Origin: an uncultured Acidobacteriota bacterium
GTDB lineage: Bacteria; Acidobacteriota; Terriglobia; UBA7540
Length of the DNA stretch: 64,000 bases
NCBI GenBank assembly: GCA_963804995.1
Contig: CAWDSK010000005.1
Location: forward strand, 256,001-320,000
Direction: 5' to 3'
Position 1 is the first letter of the stretch, and every line of letters starts with the position of its first letter. The position numbers were made by a program, and so were the translations under genes. The notes under the pieces were generated by a model. The model was not told the origin of the DNA. It saw only the letters and a program-made list of their open reading frames with translations, and did no database searches. This document shows, one piece after another, positions 63,895 to 64,000 of this stretch.

Positions 63895-64000
63895 AGAAAG
63901 CCATCAGCTCTCAGCCGTGAGCGATCAGCTCGTACCCCTCAGCCCCAGCCATCTCCTCCGGGGAGAGGGTGGCTGACGAAGGAGACTGGTGAAGAGTTTC

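Larger units (their letters stand above)
44700..64000 (+). mobile_element. Mu-like late-gene cluster (lysis, packaging, head, tail): defective prophage or GTA-like element, continuing past the window end
   Basis: About 25 co-oriented genes in Mu late-gene order, with TerL, DUF935-like portal, Mu-type protease, capsid and tail tube; no early genes upstream. Confidence 0.85.

Noticed and set aside
45168..64000. Tailocin or contractile injection system
   Set aside because: Terminase, portal and capsid genes are present, and no sheath gene precedes the tube

Overview
GC-rich bacterial chromosome segment, probably Acidobacteriota (Terriglobia-like). This is inferred from the split atpF'FHAGDC operon, an Ig/He_PIG lipoprotein and the C-terminal style of a TonB-receptor remnant. 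Bases 1-44.3 kb are host genes: radical SAM enzymes, pcm, a ROK regulator, TPR proteins, a polyamine ABC transporter with a PotC-PotD fusion, ATP synthase, a macrodomain, acyl-CoA dehydrogenase, glgP and a nitrilase. This part also holds two intact IS elements (IS1182-like and IS1634) and many REP-like repeats. From about 44.7 kb to the window end there is a single-strand, Mu-like late-gene cluster: Fis-type HTH, lysis genes, gp25/26-like genes, three tandem small-terminase-like HTH genes, terminase, portal, protease/scaffold, capsid, head-tail genes, siphovirus-type tail tube and chaperone. No transposase, integrase, repressor or replication module lies upstream; instead four copies of a palindrome (core GGGCTACCGGTAGC, up to 26 bp perfect) precede it. 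The cluster is saturated with the same heptamer/octamer tandem-repeat hairpins and REP elements found in the host atp operon. These sit between nearly every gene and are also inserted in frame inside lysin, terminase, portal, protease and chaperone genes; one carries an in-frame TGA that splits the terminase. Best hypothesis: a host-domesticated, gene-transfer-agent-like element, plus a family of short-tandem-repeat hairpins that colonises coding sequence. Several single-base frameshifts, including one in atpG, are probably sequencing errors.
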